Assembly: GCA_964642015.1 (NCBI GenBank)
Contig: CAZXLF010000007.1
Span: forward strand, 11,964 to 75,963
DNA from: an uncultured Planctomycetia bacterium
GTDB taxonomy: Bacteria; Omnitrophota; Gorgyraeia; 2-02-FULL-51-18
Length of the DNA: 64,000 nucleotides
Direction of reading: 5' to 3'
Part shown: positions 10,134 through 19,897 of the stretch, in pieces
Layout: every line of letters begins with the position of its first letter
Numbering within the stretch: the stretch's first letter is position 1
Made by a program: the position numbers and the translations under genes
Notes under the pieces: model-generated
What the model was told of the DNA's origin: nothing
Database searches by the model: none
The model's input: the letters and a program-made list of their open reading frames with translations, nothing else

Positions 10134-10946
10134 TCATTCCTTATTGTAATAAATCTTAAGCAGATATCTATTGATCTGCTTTTTAAATTCAGGATCGTCC
10201 GAACCGATATTGAACTGCAAATCTTTATAAGTATAAATACCCATCGGCTGGTTTTGCCAATCGAAAAGTTCCATTTTCACGGGAAGATTCGTGTTTTCAT
10301 CAAAGAGGATCTGCACACGGTAAGCCAAATATCCCGAATCAGCTTTGCTGTCAACAAAAGTAACCTCAATCTGGTCACCGATCAAATCTTCGTCGGTTTT
10401 TTTCCCAAGATAATCCACCTTTAATTTATTTTCTCCGGATGCTTTGATGACTTCGGACGTAAAATCATACAAAAAACTGCCGATGCCGGCGTCTTCAATG
10501 TTGTAGGAAGCACTGCCTTCGCGTATCCACGGGCTATTCTGCTCAAGAAAAACAACCTGGGCCAGGCCAAATAAAAGCCCCGGCTTATGCACCGCCAATT
10601 TTCCCTGATTCCTGCCTCTTTCATAAACCACTTCTACGCCCTGTTTTTCTGTGTTCAGCCAACGCATATAGATCTTGAATGTTTTCTCAAATTTGATGTA
10701 AATCTGCTCAGTCGGACCTAATGTTCCCTTTGCTTTTTCAGTCTTGAAGAATTTCGTTTTGTAATCAGTCAATGATTGATAAAAACTCAGGGCTTTTTCC
10801 AAAGTGTTCGCCAGATGCAATTCATCCGGAGCTTTTATTTCAGAAAGTCCAACAGCAAGCTCATGTTCGGTCATGCCAAAACATGCCGTACTAAGGCCAA
10901 CAAACATCGTGATAAATAAAAATAATTTATGAAAATATTTTCTCAT
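10134..10946 (-). CDS. secreted protein of unknown function (LolA-like/DUF1571-like size and composition)
   Basis: Signal peptide MRKYFHKLFLFITMFVGLSTACFG is followed by a 245-aa soluble domain. Confidence 0.45.
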   Translation of the reverse strand: MRKYFHKLFLFITMFVGLSTACFGMTEHELAVGLSEIKAPDELHLANTLEKALSFYQSLTDYKTKFFKTEKAKGTLGPTEQIYIKFEKTFKIYMRWLNTEKQGVEVVYERGRNQGKLAVHKPGLLFGLAQVVFLEQNSPWIREGSASYNIEDAGIGSFLYDFTSEVIKASGENKLKVDYLGKKTDEDLIGDQIEVTFVDSKADSGYLAYRVQILFDENTNLPVKMELFDWQNQPMGIYTYKDLQFNIGSDDPEFKKQINRYLLKIYYNKE

Positions 10947-11875
10947 TTGCCAATTCCTGATAAACTCGTTACAAAATCGCTGATGCTTTTCCTGTAAATG
11001 TCGGCACCAAGCACAACGGCCTGGTTATGTTTGGCATTTGGAATGACCAAACGGCGCAAGGCATCATTTTCACCGTTCATTTTTTCCAGATATTTTTGAT
11101 GCGAGCCGGGCACATAATCGTCATTCTCGCCGTGGATCATCAAAAGCGGTTTGTGCTTCTTTTGCAAAAGCCCTTCGACCTCAACGAATTTTTTGCCTGT
11201 TTTTTTCTGGCAATACCAAAAACCTAGTTCCGTGAAAATATTCACGACCCAAGAAGGATAATTTTGGCCGAAAAGATTAGGTTTTACAAGGATCGGAGCC
11301 CATTTTCGGATATAGTCGCGAAAGATCTCCTTCATCGAAAAAAGACCGTCTGTAACGACACCAATGATGGACGCTTCTTCAAACGACGCAGCAAGCGCAA
11401 GATCGGCGCCGTTGGAAACACCAAAAAGCACGATCTGTACGTGAGCTCCAAAAGCCGTTTTGGTCCACCGTGCCGCTGTCAATAAACGCTGCACATTCTC
11501 CCAAAGCGGCCATTGGTTTAAAGCGTTGATTTCATCGCCCGTGTTTTTCCCAAAATCGATGCTTAAAACGTTGAAACCCGACTCAGGAAAAAAATAAGCG
11601 TACCTCTCCCAGGATTCTTTCGCCGCTCCGGATTCATGGCAGAAAATCACCACTTTATCCGAATTTTTGCTTTCAACCAAAAGCGCTTCTATCTCCTGAT
11701 CTGAAGAATCCAATATCGTGATCTTCTCGCCTCTTGAAGAGGGTGTGAATTCAAGCTCAGGATCATAGACCAGGCTTAAAAAAATATTGCTGATCATACG
11801 CGTATATTTGAAAGCAGAATGGACCACATAAAAAACTACCGGCGCTAAAATCAGAAATAAGAGTATCGTTAACAT
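10943..11875 (-). CDS. alpha/beta-hydrolase fold protein with an N-terminal membrane anchor
   Basis: GVSNGADLALAA is a GxSxG nucleophile elbow. Downstream Asp and His are present (MIHGENDDYVP...NAKHN). An N-terminal TM segment is present. Confidence 0.7.
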   Translation of the reverse strand: MLTILLFLILAPVVFYVVHSAFKYTRMISNIFLSLVYDPELEFTPSSRGEKITILDSSDQEIEALLVESKNSDKVVIFCHESGAAKESWERYAYFFPESGFNVLSIDFGKNTGDEINALNQWPLWENVQRLLTAARWTKTAFGAHVQIVLFGVSNGADLALAASFEEASIIGVVTDGLFSMKEIFRDYIRKWAPILVKPNLFGQNYPSWVVNIFTELGFWYCQKKTGKKFVEVEGLLQKKHKPLLMIHGENDDYVPGSHQKYLEKMNGENDALRRLVIPNAKHNQAVVLGADIYRKSISDFVTSLSGIGK

Positions 11876-11890
11876 AAGATCATTATATCA

Positions 11891-12628
11891 TTACCGTTTT
11901 TTTCTGTCTTTGTGCCTGATTGTCTCTATGAACCATGAACCTACGATACTTAATTCAAAAAGGACCGTAAGCGGTATCGCAAGCATCAGTTGACCCGAAA
12001 TATCGGGAGTAGGCGTCAACACAGCCGCTATGATGAAAATAACCACGATGATATGCCGCTGATAACGATTGAGGGTCTTGACCTTAAGCAATCCGGCAAA
12101 AACGAACGCCATGATGAATACCGGCATATTGAAGCTGATGCCGAAAGCTAAAAGCATACCGAATAAAAAATTCATATAGCTTTCGATCGATATCATCGGC
12201 TTTAAAAAATCTGTCTGCATTCCAACCAGAAACTTGAACGTAAAAGGGATAACGATATAGAAACAGAAAAGAACTCCCAAAATAAATAAAACGGAAGTCA
12301 CTACGATCAAAGGCACGATCACTCTTTTCTCTTTTGCTCGAAGACCTGGTGAAACAAAGAACCAAAGCTGGCTGATAATGATCGGAGAAGCTAGCAAGAA
12401 ACCGGCGATGAGCGCGACTTTAAATTTGATCAAAAACGCCACGGCCGGTGAGAAAAAATAGAACTCATGTATTTCCGAAGTCACCGGCTCAAGCAGTATT
12501 CGAAGCAAAGGATCCGAAAAAAAACATCCGATTATCGTTCCAACAAGCAATGCGATCAAAGAGATTACAATCCTTTTTCTTAGTTCATCCAAATGTTCAA
12601 AAAATGTAAGGTAAGCCGGATTTTTCAT
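11891..12628 (-). CDS. tatC: twin-arginine translocase subunit TatC
   Basis: 245 aa with 6 predicted TM helices. The N-terminal FFEHLDELRKRIVISLIALLVGTIIGCFF matches the TatC signature region. Confidence 0.9.
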   Translation of the reverse strand: MKNPAYLTFFEHLDELRKRIVISLIALLVGTIIGCFFSDPLLRILLEPVTSEIHEFYFFSPAVAFLIKFKVALIAGFLLASPIIISQLWFFVSPGLRAKEKRVIVPLIVVTSVLFILGVLFCFYIVIPFTFKFLVGMQTDFLKPMISIESYMNFLFGMLLAFGISFNMPVFIMAFVFAGLLKVKTLNRYQRHIIVVIFIIAAVLTPTPDISGQLMLAIPLTVLFELSIVGSWFIETIRHKDRKKR

Positions 12629-12670
12629 GAGAATACGAGGATTTATTTTGTTAGAAGCTGAAAAAATAGT

Positions 12671-12886
12671 TCATTTTTTTAATAGATAAAAAATCAAGGT
12701 TAAAACCACGCTGACTAAAATACAAGTTGTAACAGGAAAATAAAATGAAAAATTATCTTTCTTAATGTAAATATCTCCAGGCAATTTTCCAAACCAGGGT
12801 ATCTGAATGTTGGAACTCAAGATAACACCTACAATAACGAGAAAAAAGCCGATTATAATAAGAAACTTTCCGTAACTCGGTACCAT
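12671..12886 (-). CDS. DUF2905 family small membrane protein
   Basis: GKFLIIIGFFLVIVGVILS...GKLPGDIYIKKDNFSFYFPVTTCILVSVVLTLIFYLL matches the DUF2905 consensus (…LPGDI.I.r.nf.fyfPitt…). Start placed at the internal Met. Confidence 0.7.
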   Translation of the reverse strand: MVPSYGKFLIIIGFFLVIVGVILSSNIQIPWFGKLPGDIYIKKDNFSFYFPVTTCILVSVVLTLIFYLLKK

Positions 12887-12957
12887 ATTGAGAAGAATAT
12901 CAAAACCTATGCTAAAACACAAAGAATAAGGTAGATACACTTCGTTGACTTATTTTA

Positions 12958-14082
12958 GTGGTTCTGCTAGCATTAATTTCAATGCCGCGTATCAAATTCC
13001 TAACATTCGACTTTGGCTCAGCCAAAAGAACTGATCCTATTCTCCCTGAGGATAGGAATAGCCAAATCATTCAGAATATCAAGCAAAAATACAGACGGGA
13101 GATCCCGAACAGGGACCGTGTTGTAATCGTTCCGGTCGTTCTGCTCTTAGCCGCAGGTATTGCGGCATTTTCATTGATCCGATACGGGATACTCCAAAAA
13201 GAAAATTTTTCACTGAACGATGAAGTCAGAAAGCTTAACGTATCGATCGAAGCGCTTGAAGCCGAAAATAAAGATCTCGCTTCCAGAACAGCCAGAGCCG
13301 AAAAAGAAAGACAAAATCTCAAAGACGCCATCGATGGATACAAAAAAGAGAACGAGTCGATCAAATTCGAATCTAAAAAGAATGAGGACAAAATCAATTC
13401 CCTCACAGAGGAAAAATCTTATCTTGAGGAAATACTCATCAATAAGACCAAAGAAATTGAAAGGTTAAGTGCGGGAGGAGCTGTGTCATCTTCAGTAGCG
13501 GCTACTCCTATTTCCTCCGTTACGACCGGATCTGAAGATCTGGTGCAGCGTTTAAACCAAAAAGAAGAAGAGATCCGAAAACTTAACGAACAGAATAGAC
13601 TTTTGAATGAAAAGCTTCAGAAACTCTACCAAACCGCTGACAGCAAGATGAAAGAGATCAATATCGCAAAGATCGCCTTGGAAGATACGATCTCCGACGC
13701 CAAGAAAGTGATCGATAATGAATACGGTTCCGTGAATCTGGGATCGATCGCGGTTACTTCGCAAGCGGCTCAAAGTTCTCAAAACGCAGCGGTGCCGGCA
13801 GTTTCCCCAACTGAACAGAGGTCCGCTACGGAAACTCGCACCGCACCCAAAAAACAAGGCCGCGTTCTTGCCATCAATGAAGAACATGGATTTGTCGTCA
13901 TCGATATGGGAAAAGTGGACGGCATTAAGACCGGAATGAATCTCTATCTCAAAAAAGATGGCGAAACTGTCGCGACTCTTTCAGTGCTGGAAGTGCGTGA
14001 CGTGATGACCGCCTGTAATATCAGGAACCTCACCGGCGGTCAAAAGATCCAGATCAATGATCTGGTTTCAGTACAGAACTAA
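12958..14082 (+). CDS. membrane-anchored coiled-coil protein with a C-terminal beta-rich domain, hypothetical
   Basis: One TM segment (VVIVPVVLLLAAGIAAFSLI) is followed by about 200 aa of heptad-like E/K/L/N-rich sequence. The final ~75 aa (GRVLAINEEHGFVVIDMGKVDGIKTGMNLYL...) resemble a small beta-barrel (TOBE/SAF-like). It is one of only five plus-strand genes in the window. Confidence 0.6.
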   Translation: MVLLALISMPRIKFLTFDFGSAKRTDPILPEDRNSQIIQNIKQKYRREIPNRDRVVIVPVVLLLAAGIAAFSLIRYGILQKENFSLNDEVRKLNVSIEALEAENKDLASRTARAEKERQNLKDAIDGYKKENESIKFESKKNEDKINSLTEEKSYLEEILINKTKEIERLSAGGAVSSSVAATPISSVTTGSEDLVQRLNQKEEEIRKLNEQNRLLNEKLQKLYQTADSKMKEINIAKIALEDTISDAKKVIDNEYGSVNLGSIAVTSQAAQSSQNAAVPAVSPTEQRSATETRTAPKKQGRVLAINEEHGFVVIDMGKVDGIKTGMNLYLKKDGETVATLSVLEVRDVMTACNIRNLTGGQKIQINDLVSVQN

Positions 14083-16789
14083 GGTGATTTTTTCCTAACC
14101 GATAGGCTTGAATATTTATTTCAGCTGCTTTTGGTATGTTTTTGCGAATTACACTCTCTAGTGTTTCGTCCTTGAAAATCTCAAGCGCCTGATTCAATAC
14201 CCCTAAAAAGATCATATTCGCGCTGCGTTTTTCTTTTAATTGCGTCGTCGCCATGCTCATTGCCGGAATATTGATCAGTGCGTAATCAAATCCCTCATTC
14301 TTAATATCAATACCCTGGCTATCAACAATAACAAGGCCTCCTTTTTTAACAAAGTGTTTGCGCTCGAAATACATCTGAGGCGTCATGCAAACAAGCACAT
14401 CCACTTCACCTGCTTGAGGATTTGGATCCGCATAGGGACTATTTGATAAAGTCACAGCCGCGACAGTCCGGGCTTTTGTTACCTCCGGTTCATACCAGGG
14501 GGAGTTGAAAGCGTATTGCGTAACACCTGTCTTCATCAAAACATCCGCTAAGGATTGAACGCCCTGACCTCCTTCACCGCAAAGATAAAAACGGATATCC
14601 TTCACTTTTTTAGGTGTTTGATCGCTAGATCTCCTGAGAATTCCTATATCCTCTAAAGATCTAAAGAAAGATGTTAATCTTTTTTCCGCGCTTATTGAGG
14701 CCTCGAATCCATTCTGGCCGGTTCCATTATGGTGAAACATCGATTCAATATTTTCGATATCCTCTCCCCAACCCACCGCTGTAGGAAAGGCTTTTGTCAT
14801 GATCTTCGACGTATATTCTTTCGAAAGTGCTATCTGATGAAGTTTTTTGCCTTCGGTCTGGAAAGCGTCAATAATCTCTTTAGGCGCGCGCTGATGTTCT
14901 GTGCACGTCGCCACCACTTCGATCACGCTCATGCCATCACCCTTGATCTGGTGAAGAAGCGCCTGCATTAAAAAATGCGAAAACTGCTGGTTGAGCTCCG
15001 GGGTTCCCACAAGCGTGCGCCGATAATAACTCACTCCCTGGCGATGCAATAATTGTGAAATATCGATCGGAAAACCGTTCGAATTCGCGTCGCGGCCTTT
15101 CGGGGTCGTTTTTGAAAATTGGTTGACCGGTGTCGTGGCCGATAATTGACCGCCTGTCATTCCGTAGGTGCCGTTATTGATGAGGATCACAGTTATTTTC
15201 TCGCCTCGCGCGGACGCATGTAAAAGCTCACCCAATCCGATATCAAGCGCGTCACCATCGCCTTGATAGCAAATGACCAGAGATTCGGGCTTCGATCTTT
15301 TAGATGCCGATGCAGCCGCGGGACCGCGACCGTGAGGCACTTGAATATTATGGATACGGTCTTTCCTGAAGAAATCATAAAGGAATATCGAGCAGCCTAC
15401 CGGCGAATAAAGGGTGATTTCACGGTCTTTAAGCGTATCAAAAATCGCGCCTAATGCTTCCGTGGTGTGTTTATGATCACAGCCGGCGCAATAATAAACA
15501 TTTTTATCTGTCATGGATTCGATCTTACGGGGTTCAGGGCGCTTCCCCTCCATACCTGCTTGATATTCCGCATCATGCGTCGAGGCATTCAAAGCTATCC
15601 GGTTAAAATTTTGTCCCCGGTTCACGCGGAATGGATGAGACCGTGAAAGGAATTTTTTATATTCAGAAAATTTCTGTTGATATTCAGTGTCGCGAATCTC
15701 TTTGATCAACAATTCAAGCTCTGATACGACTTCTTTTTCTTCAGCAAGTGTGCCGCCCGGTCTTTGACACGTGCCTACGATCGCAAAATCACCGACTACC
15801 GTGCGCACTTTCTCACAAAGCTGGTCGATAGCACCTTCCATCGGATACAGAGGCCCGAATCTTTTTACGATCTCACGGAGCCTTTCTTCGGGAAAAGGAT
15901 TGAGCGACTTTAAACTTACCTGGCCTATCGGAATGCCTTTTTCGCGCGCTCGATCAACGATCCCGTAACCAATTCTCGAAAAAATACCATAATTCACGAG
16001 CACTATTTCCGCATCCCCGTCGGGATCTTCTAAACGGTAAGAAGAAACTTCCATATTTTTTAAAGCAGGGTCTTTCTTGAGTTCTTCGAATCTTCTAAAA
16101 AGTTTCCAGTTATGTTCTTCCAAAACACCTTCACGCACGTAGATAGAAGTCCTGACATCCTGAGAAATCGCCGTTTGAAATGGTTTGACGGTATCAGGGA
16201 TCTCGTACTCTTCCTTCAATTGGCCCACATAGCCATCGCTCAGGATAAACCCAGGGATCTTGTACTGGTAAGAAAGTCTGAACGCAAGTCTTACGAAATC
16301 GAACATTTCTTGAGCAGAAGCCGGCGCTAAAACGATGTTTTGATAATCTCCGTGTCCACCACCGAGAACGGCTTGATTAAAATCCGATTGAGCGCCCTGT
16401 ATATTTCCAAGACCAGGACCGCCTCTGACAACATCTACGTAAACCAGGCCGCGGCCTCCGAGCTCCATTCCAGCCGCATAAGAAATCGCTTCCTGCATCA
16501 AACTCATGCCGGGACTCGATGTCACTGTGAAAGCCGGCGTGCCGACGCTCGCCGCACCGAGAACCATGTTTCCGGCGGCTATCTCGCTTTCAGCTTGAAT
16601 AAACGTCGCATTAACTTCTTGAGCAATACGGCTTAAGTACTCGGTAACTTCATTCACAGGAGTGATCGGATAACCTGCCGCGAATAAAAGCTTCTGATTT
16701 TCTTTAGAAACAGGCCCTGCGGATTCAATGGCCCAAAAAATCGCTCCATTGACGAGAGCGAGGTTTCCGTTACTTAATGCTTTAGGCAT
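14054..16789 (-). CDS. single-chain 2-oxoacid:ferredoxin oxidoreductase with alpha, beta and gamma domains fused (KorA-KorB-KorC order)
   Basis: 911 aa. An N-terminal KorA-like domain is followed by a TPP-binding beta domain (CDHKHTTEALG...YQGDGDALDIGLGELLHA...INNGTYGMTGGQ) and a C-terminal gamma domain (IRFYLCGEGGQGVQSLADVL). No ferredoxin (delta) domain is present. Confidence 0.85.
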   Translation of the reverse strand: MPKALSNGNLALVNGAIFWAIESAGPVSKENQKLLFAAGYPITPVNEVTEYLSRIAQEVNATFIQAESEIAAGNMVLGAASVGTPAFTVTSSPGMSLMQEAISYAAGMELGGRGLVYVDVVRGGPGLGNIQGAQSDFNQAVLGGGHGDYQNIVLAPASAQEMFDFVRLAFRLSYQYKIPGFILSDGYVGQLKEEYEIPDTVKPFQTAISQDVRTSIYVREGVLEEHNWKLFRRFEELKKDPALKNMEVSSYRLEDPDGDAEIVLVNYGIFSRIGYGIVDRAREKGIPIGQVSLKSLNPFPEERLREIVKRFGPLYPMEGAIDQLCEKVRTVVGDFAIVGTCQRPGGTLAEEKEVVSELELLIKEIRDTEYQQKFSEYKKFLSRSHPFRVNRGQNFNRIALNASTHDAEYQAGMEGKRPEPRKIESMTDKNVYYCAGCDHKHTTEALGAIFDTLKDREITLYSPVGCSIFLYDFFRKDRIHNIQVPHGRGPAAASASKRSKPESLVICYQGDGDALDIGLGELLHASARGEKITVILINNGTYGMTGGQLSATTPVNQFSKTTPKGRDANSNGFPIDISQLLHRQGVSYYRRTLVGTPELNQQFSHFLMQALLHQIKGDGMSVIEVVATCTEHQRAPKEIIDAFQTEGKKLHQIALSKEYTSKIMTKAFPTAVGWGEDIENIESMFHHNGTGQNGFEASISAEKRLTSFFRSLEDIGILRRSSDQTPKKVKDIRFYLCGEGGQGVQSLADVLMKTGVTQYAFNSPWYEPEVTKARTVAAVTLSNSPYADPNPQAGEVDVLVCMTPQMYFERKHFVKKGGLVIVDSQGIDIKNEGFDYALINIPAMSMATTQLKEKRSANMIFLGVLNQALEIFKDETLESVIRKNIPKAAEINIQAYRLGKNHLSSVLKPDH

Positions 16790-18767
16790 ATTTTTCTACA
16801 GAATCTTTCGGTTTTTCTTTTTCAACTTGAATGCTGTGATTTCCGTTGCCATTTACAGAATACCCATTATTCTTTGAATCCAGACAATGATTGATCTCTT
16901 CTTTGATCTTTTCAGCGGAAAGTCCCAAAGAATCAAGCAATAGATCCCTTCTGCCATGTTCTATGAAGCGGTCCGGGATCCCTAAAGGTCTTATTTTCGG
17001 AAGCGAAATATCTTTGTGTTTCGAGAATAACTCAAAAACTGCACTACCGAAACCTCCTGACAACGCTCCTTCCTCGAGAGTGACAACAAGACGGGTCTTT
17101 TGAGCAAGCTTTAGAATAAGCTTTTCATCCAAGGGCTTCACAAAACGTGCATTGACGACTGTAGCTTCAATATTTTCCTTTTGAAGAAGTTCAGCCGCTT
17201 CATAAGCGGAATAAACCATGCTTCCCAATGCCAATATCAAAACATCTTTTCCTTCGCGCAACACTTCGGCTTTACCCTGTTCGATAGAAGAAGGGGCCAC
17301 TGAAACAAGCGGAGATGCTGTCTCCTCTGATACCGCACCTCTAGGATAACGCACGGCAATCGGCCCCAATGTGTAACGAACCGCATAATCTAACATCAGC
17401 TTAAGCTCACGCCCGTCCCGCGGCGCCATGACCGTAAATTCAGGCACTTTTCTCAAGTAAGCAATATCGAACACCCCATGATGGGTCGGCCCGTCTTCAC
17501 CCACGAGCCCTGCGCGATCCAAACAAAAAATGACCGGCAAATTCTGAAGAGCCACGTCATGAATGATCTGGTCGTGCGCTCTCTGCAAGAAAGTTGAATA
17601 GATCGCAACAAGCGGCCGGATACCTGCTTCGGCAAGCCCTGCCGCGAAAGATACACCGTGTTCTTCAGCGATCCCCACATCAAAAAAACGCGACGGGAAT
17701 TTTTTAGAAAATTCCACCAAGCCTGTTCCATCACACATTGCGGCGGTAATCGCGATAACTTTTTTATTTTTTTCGGCTAGCTCGATAGCAGTTTGACCGA
17801 AAACTTGAGTATACGTTTTCTGTTTGGAAACTTTTTTCGCCTCTCCCGTCTCGATATGGAATGGCGTGGAAGCGTGCCATTTCGCAGGATCCGCTTCCGC
17901 GATCTTGTAACCCTTGCCCTTCTTCGTGACCACATGAAGTAAAATCGGCCCTTTGATCTTCTGTATATTATGAAGAATCTGTACAAGCCCTTCGATATTA
18001 TGGCCGTCAAGAGGTCCGAAATAACGGAATCCCAGTTCTTCGAATAAAAGTCCGGGAACAAGAAGATTTTTCAAGCCTTCATCCACACGTTTAGCATAGG
18101 CGACCATGCGATCGCCGACTTTCGGCATTTTTCTTAAAAGCCCTTCGATATCTTTGCGGACGTGGTTATAAAACGGATTTGAAATGATCCTATTCAAATG
18201 TCTGGATAACGCCCCAACGGTGGGAGAAATACTCATTTCATTGTCGTTCAATATCACCACGAGATCATCTTTCAGATGTCCTGCGTGATTCAGCGCTTCA
18301 AAAGCCATTCCACTGACCAATGACGCGTCGCCGATCACTGCCACTACTTTGTGACCCTCATCGGAAAGAATGCGATGACCTACGGCAATGCCCAACGATG
18401 TGGAAATCGATGCGCCGCCATGACCGGTAGTGAAAACATCGTGTTCGCTCTCATCCTTATTTGAAAATCCGCTCAAACCACCATGAAGCCTGAAAGTTTT
18501 GAATGCCTCTTTTCGGCCGGTAATGATCTTATGCGCATGGGCCTGGTGTCCGACATCCCAAACAATAGCGTCTTTAGGCGTGGTAAAGCAATAATGCAGC
18601 GCCAAAGTCAGATCGACCGAACCAAGCGCGGCTCCTAAATGGCCTCCGTTATTAGAAACAACTTCGATAATGTAAGAGCGCAGTTCTTCGGCTAATTGGT
18701 TTAGTTCCGCCAAAGAAAGCTTTTTGACATCGGCAGGGCTATTTATTTTTTGAAGCAGTGGTCTCAT
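16782..18767 (-). CDS. dxs: 1-deoxy-D-xylulose-5-phosphate synthase
   Basis: VGHQAHAHKIITGR, the TPP motif VIGDASLVSGMAFEALNHAG, and transketolase-like pyrimidine-binding and C-terminal domains are present. There is a ~35-aa Asn/Gly-rich C-terminal extension. Confidence 0.95.
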   Translation of the reverse strand: MRPLLQKINSPADVKKLSLAELNQLAEELRSYIIEVVSNNGGHLGAALGSVDLTLALHYCFTTPKDAIVWDVGHQAHAHKIITGRKEAFKTFRLHGGLSGFSNKDESEHDVFTTGHGGASISTSLGIAVGHRILSDEGHKVVAVIGDASLVSGMAFEALNHAGHLKDDLVVILNDNEMSISPTVGALSRHLNRIISNPFYNHVRKDIEGLLRKMPKVGDRMVAYAKRVDEGLKNLLVPGLLFEELGFRYFGPLDGHNIEGLVQILHNIQKIKGPILLHVVTKKGKGYKIAEADPAKWHASTPFHIETGEAKKVSKQKTYTQVFGQTAIELAEKNKKVIAITAAMCDGTGLVEFSKKFPSRFFDVGIAEEHGVSFAAGLAEAGIRPLVAIYSTFLQRAHDQIIHDVALQNLPVIFCLDRAGLVGEDGPTHHGVFDIAYLRKVPEFTVMAPRDGRELKLMLDYAVRYTLGPIAVRYPRGAVSEETASPLVSVAPSSIEQGKAEVLREGKDVLILALGSMVYSAYEAAELLQKENIEATVVNARFVKPLDEKLILKLAQKTRLVVTLEEGALSGGFGSAVFELFSKHKDISLPKIRPLGIPDRFIEHGRRDLLLDSLGLSAEKIKEEINHCLDSKNNGYSVNGNGNHSIQVEKEKPKDSVEKYA

Positions 18768-18770
18768 GAA

Positions 18771-19607
18771 TCAATGTTTCCTGGTCAGGACAAATTCCGC
18801 AATTTGGTCTAAAACATGTGCCTTTTTACCAAAGCGCTTCAATTCTTTTTTAGCTTTAAACAGCGTATTTTCAGCCTGTTTTTGTGCCGCGGACACGCCA
18901 ATTGTCTTAGCATACCCCTCTCTATCCATAATGTCATCCACAATTTGAAACAAAAGCCCCACATACTTTCCATATCGGTAAAGCGCTTCCACTTCAGACT
19001 GGGTACCTCCGCCCAAATAGGCGCCCACTCTTAGGCAAACAGCGATCAAAGCTCCGGTCTTATGAGTATTAATGTATTCTATGGTCGGCAGGTCCATTTC
19101 TTTTTTTTGGTATTCGAGGTCGACCATCTGTCCGCCGACCATCCCGCGGCTTCCGGCAGCCTCAGCGATCCATGACGCCGAGACGAATTGACGCTCCAAG
19201 TCTTTGGAATTCTTAAAATGACCATTGGTGTTCAGGATCTGAAATGCCATCGTTAAAAGCGCGTCTCCTGCCAATAACGCAGTGTGTTCGTCGTATTTTT
19301 TGTGGCAAGTCTTTTGGCCCCGGCGAAGATCATCATTATCCATGCAAGGCAGATCATCATGGATCAATGAGTAATTATGTATCAGTTCTATCGCACACGC
19401 AGCCGGCATGGCTTTTGCCTCATCTCCGCCGACAGCTTCGCAAGCCGCCAATACAAGCACAGGCCGTATCCTTTTCCCGCCTGAAAACACGGAATAACGG
19501 ATCGCTTCATGCAAAACAGAAGGCCGCTGGTTTTCTTGAGGCAAAAAACCTTCGAGCGCTTTTTCTATTTTTTTAGCTTGGCTGTCTAAATAATCTTGGA
19601 TCTTCAT
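18771..19607 (-). CDS. ispA: (2E,6E)-farnesyl diphosphate synthase / geranyltranstransferase
   Basis: LIHDDLPCMDNDDLRRG is the first DDxxD motif and FQIVDDIMD the second. It sits in the conserved xseB-ispA-dxs context. Confidence 0.9.
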   Translation of the reverse strand: MKIQDYLDSQAKKIEKALEGFLPQENQRPSVLHEAIRYSVFSGGKRIRPVLVLAACEAVGGDEAKAMPAACAIELIHNYSLIHDDLPCMDNDDLRRGQKTCHKKYDEHTALLAGDALLTMAFQILNTNGHFKNSKDLERQFVSASWIAEAAGSRGMVGGQMVDLEYQKKEMDLPTIEYINTHKTGALIAVCLRVGAYLGGGTQSEVEALYRYGKYVGLLFQIVDDIMDREGYAKTIGVSAAQKQAENTLFKAKKELKRFGKKAHVLDQIAEFVLTRKH

Positions 19608-19621
19608 AAGATAAAATGTGA

Positions 19622-19888
19622 TTATTTCTTCTTTTTATTCTTTGTATCCGTCGATTTGTCATCAAAAGGAACTGTTTTAAATTTTGCCGGATTGGTTTTC
19701 ATGAGCACTTCCACTTTTTTCTCGGCTTCCGTCAATCTTTTCGTGCAAAGATCCGCCATGCGTACACCTTCTTCATACTGCTTCAAGGCATCTTCAAGAG
19801 ACAGATCTCCGTTTTCAAGATTTTCAACGATGTTTTCCAATTTTTTTAACGCTGATTCAAACGAAATCTCTTTGGTTTCCTGTGCCAT
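19622..19888 (-). CDS. xseB: exodeoxyribonuclease VII small subunit
   Basis: 88 aa helical protein (SFESALKKLENIVENLENGDLSLEDALKQYEEG) lying directly between xseA and ispA. Confidence 0.85.
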   Translation of the reverse strand: MAQETKEISFESALKKLENIVENLENGDLSLEDALKQYEEGVRMADLCTKRLTEAEKKVEVLMKTNPAKFKTVPFDDKSTDTKNKKKK

Positions 19889-19897
19889 AGCTCCTCC

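Noticed and set aside
13071-13887. Minus-strand ORFs of 111 aa (13071-13406 and 13552-13887) opposite the coiled-coil gene.
   Set aside because: They are antisense artefacts of the AAG/GAA-rich coiled-coil coding sequence. Their translations are Ser/Phe/Leu-rich with no domain.
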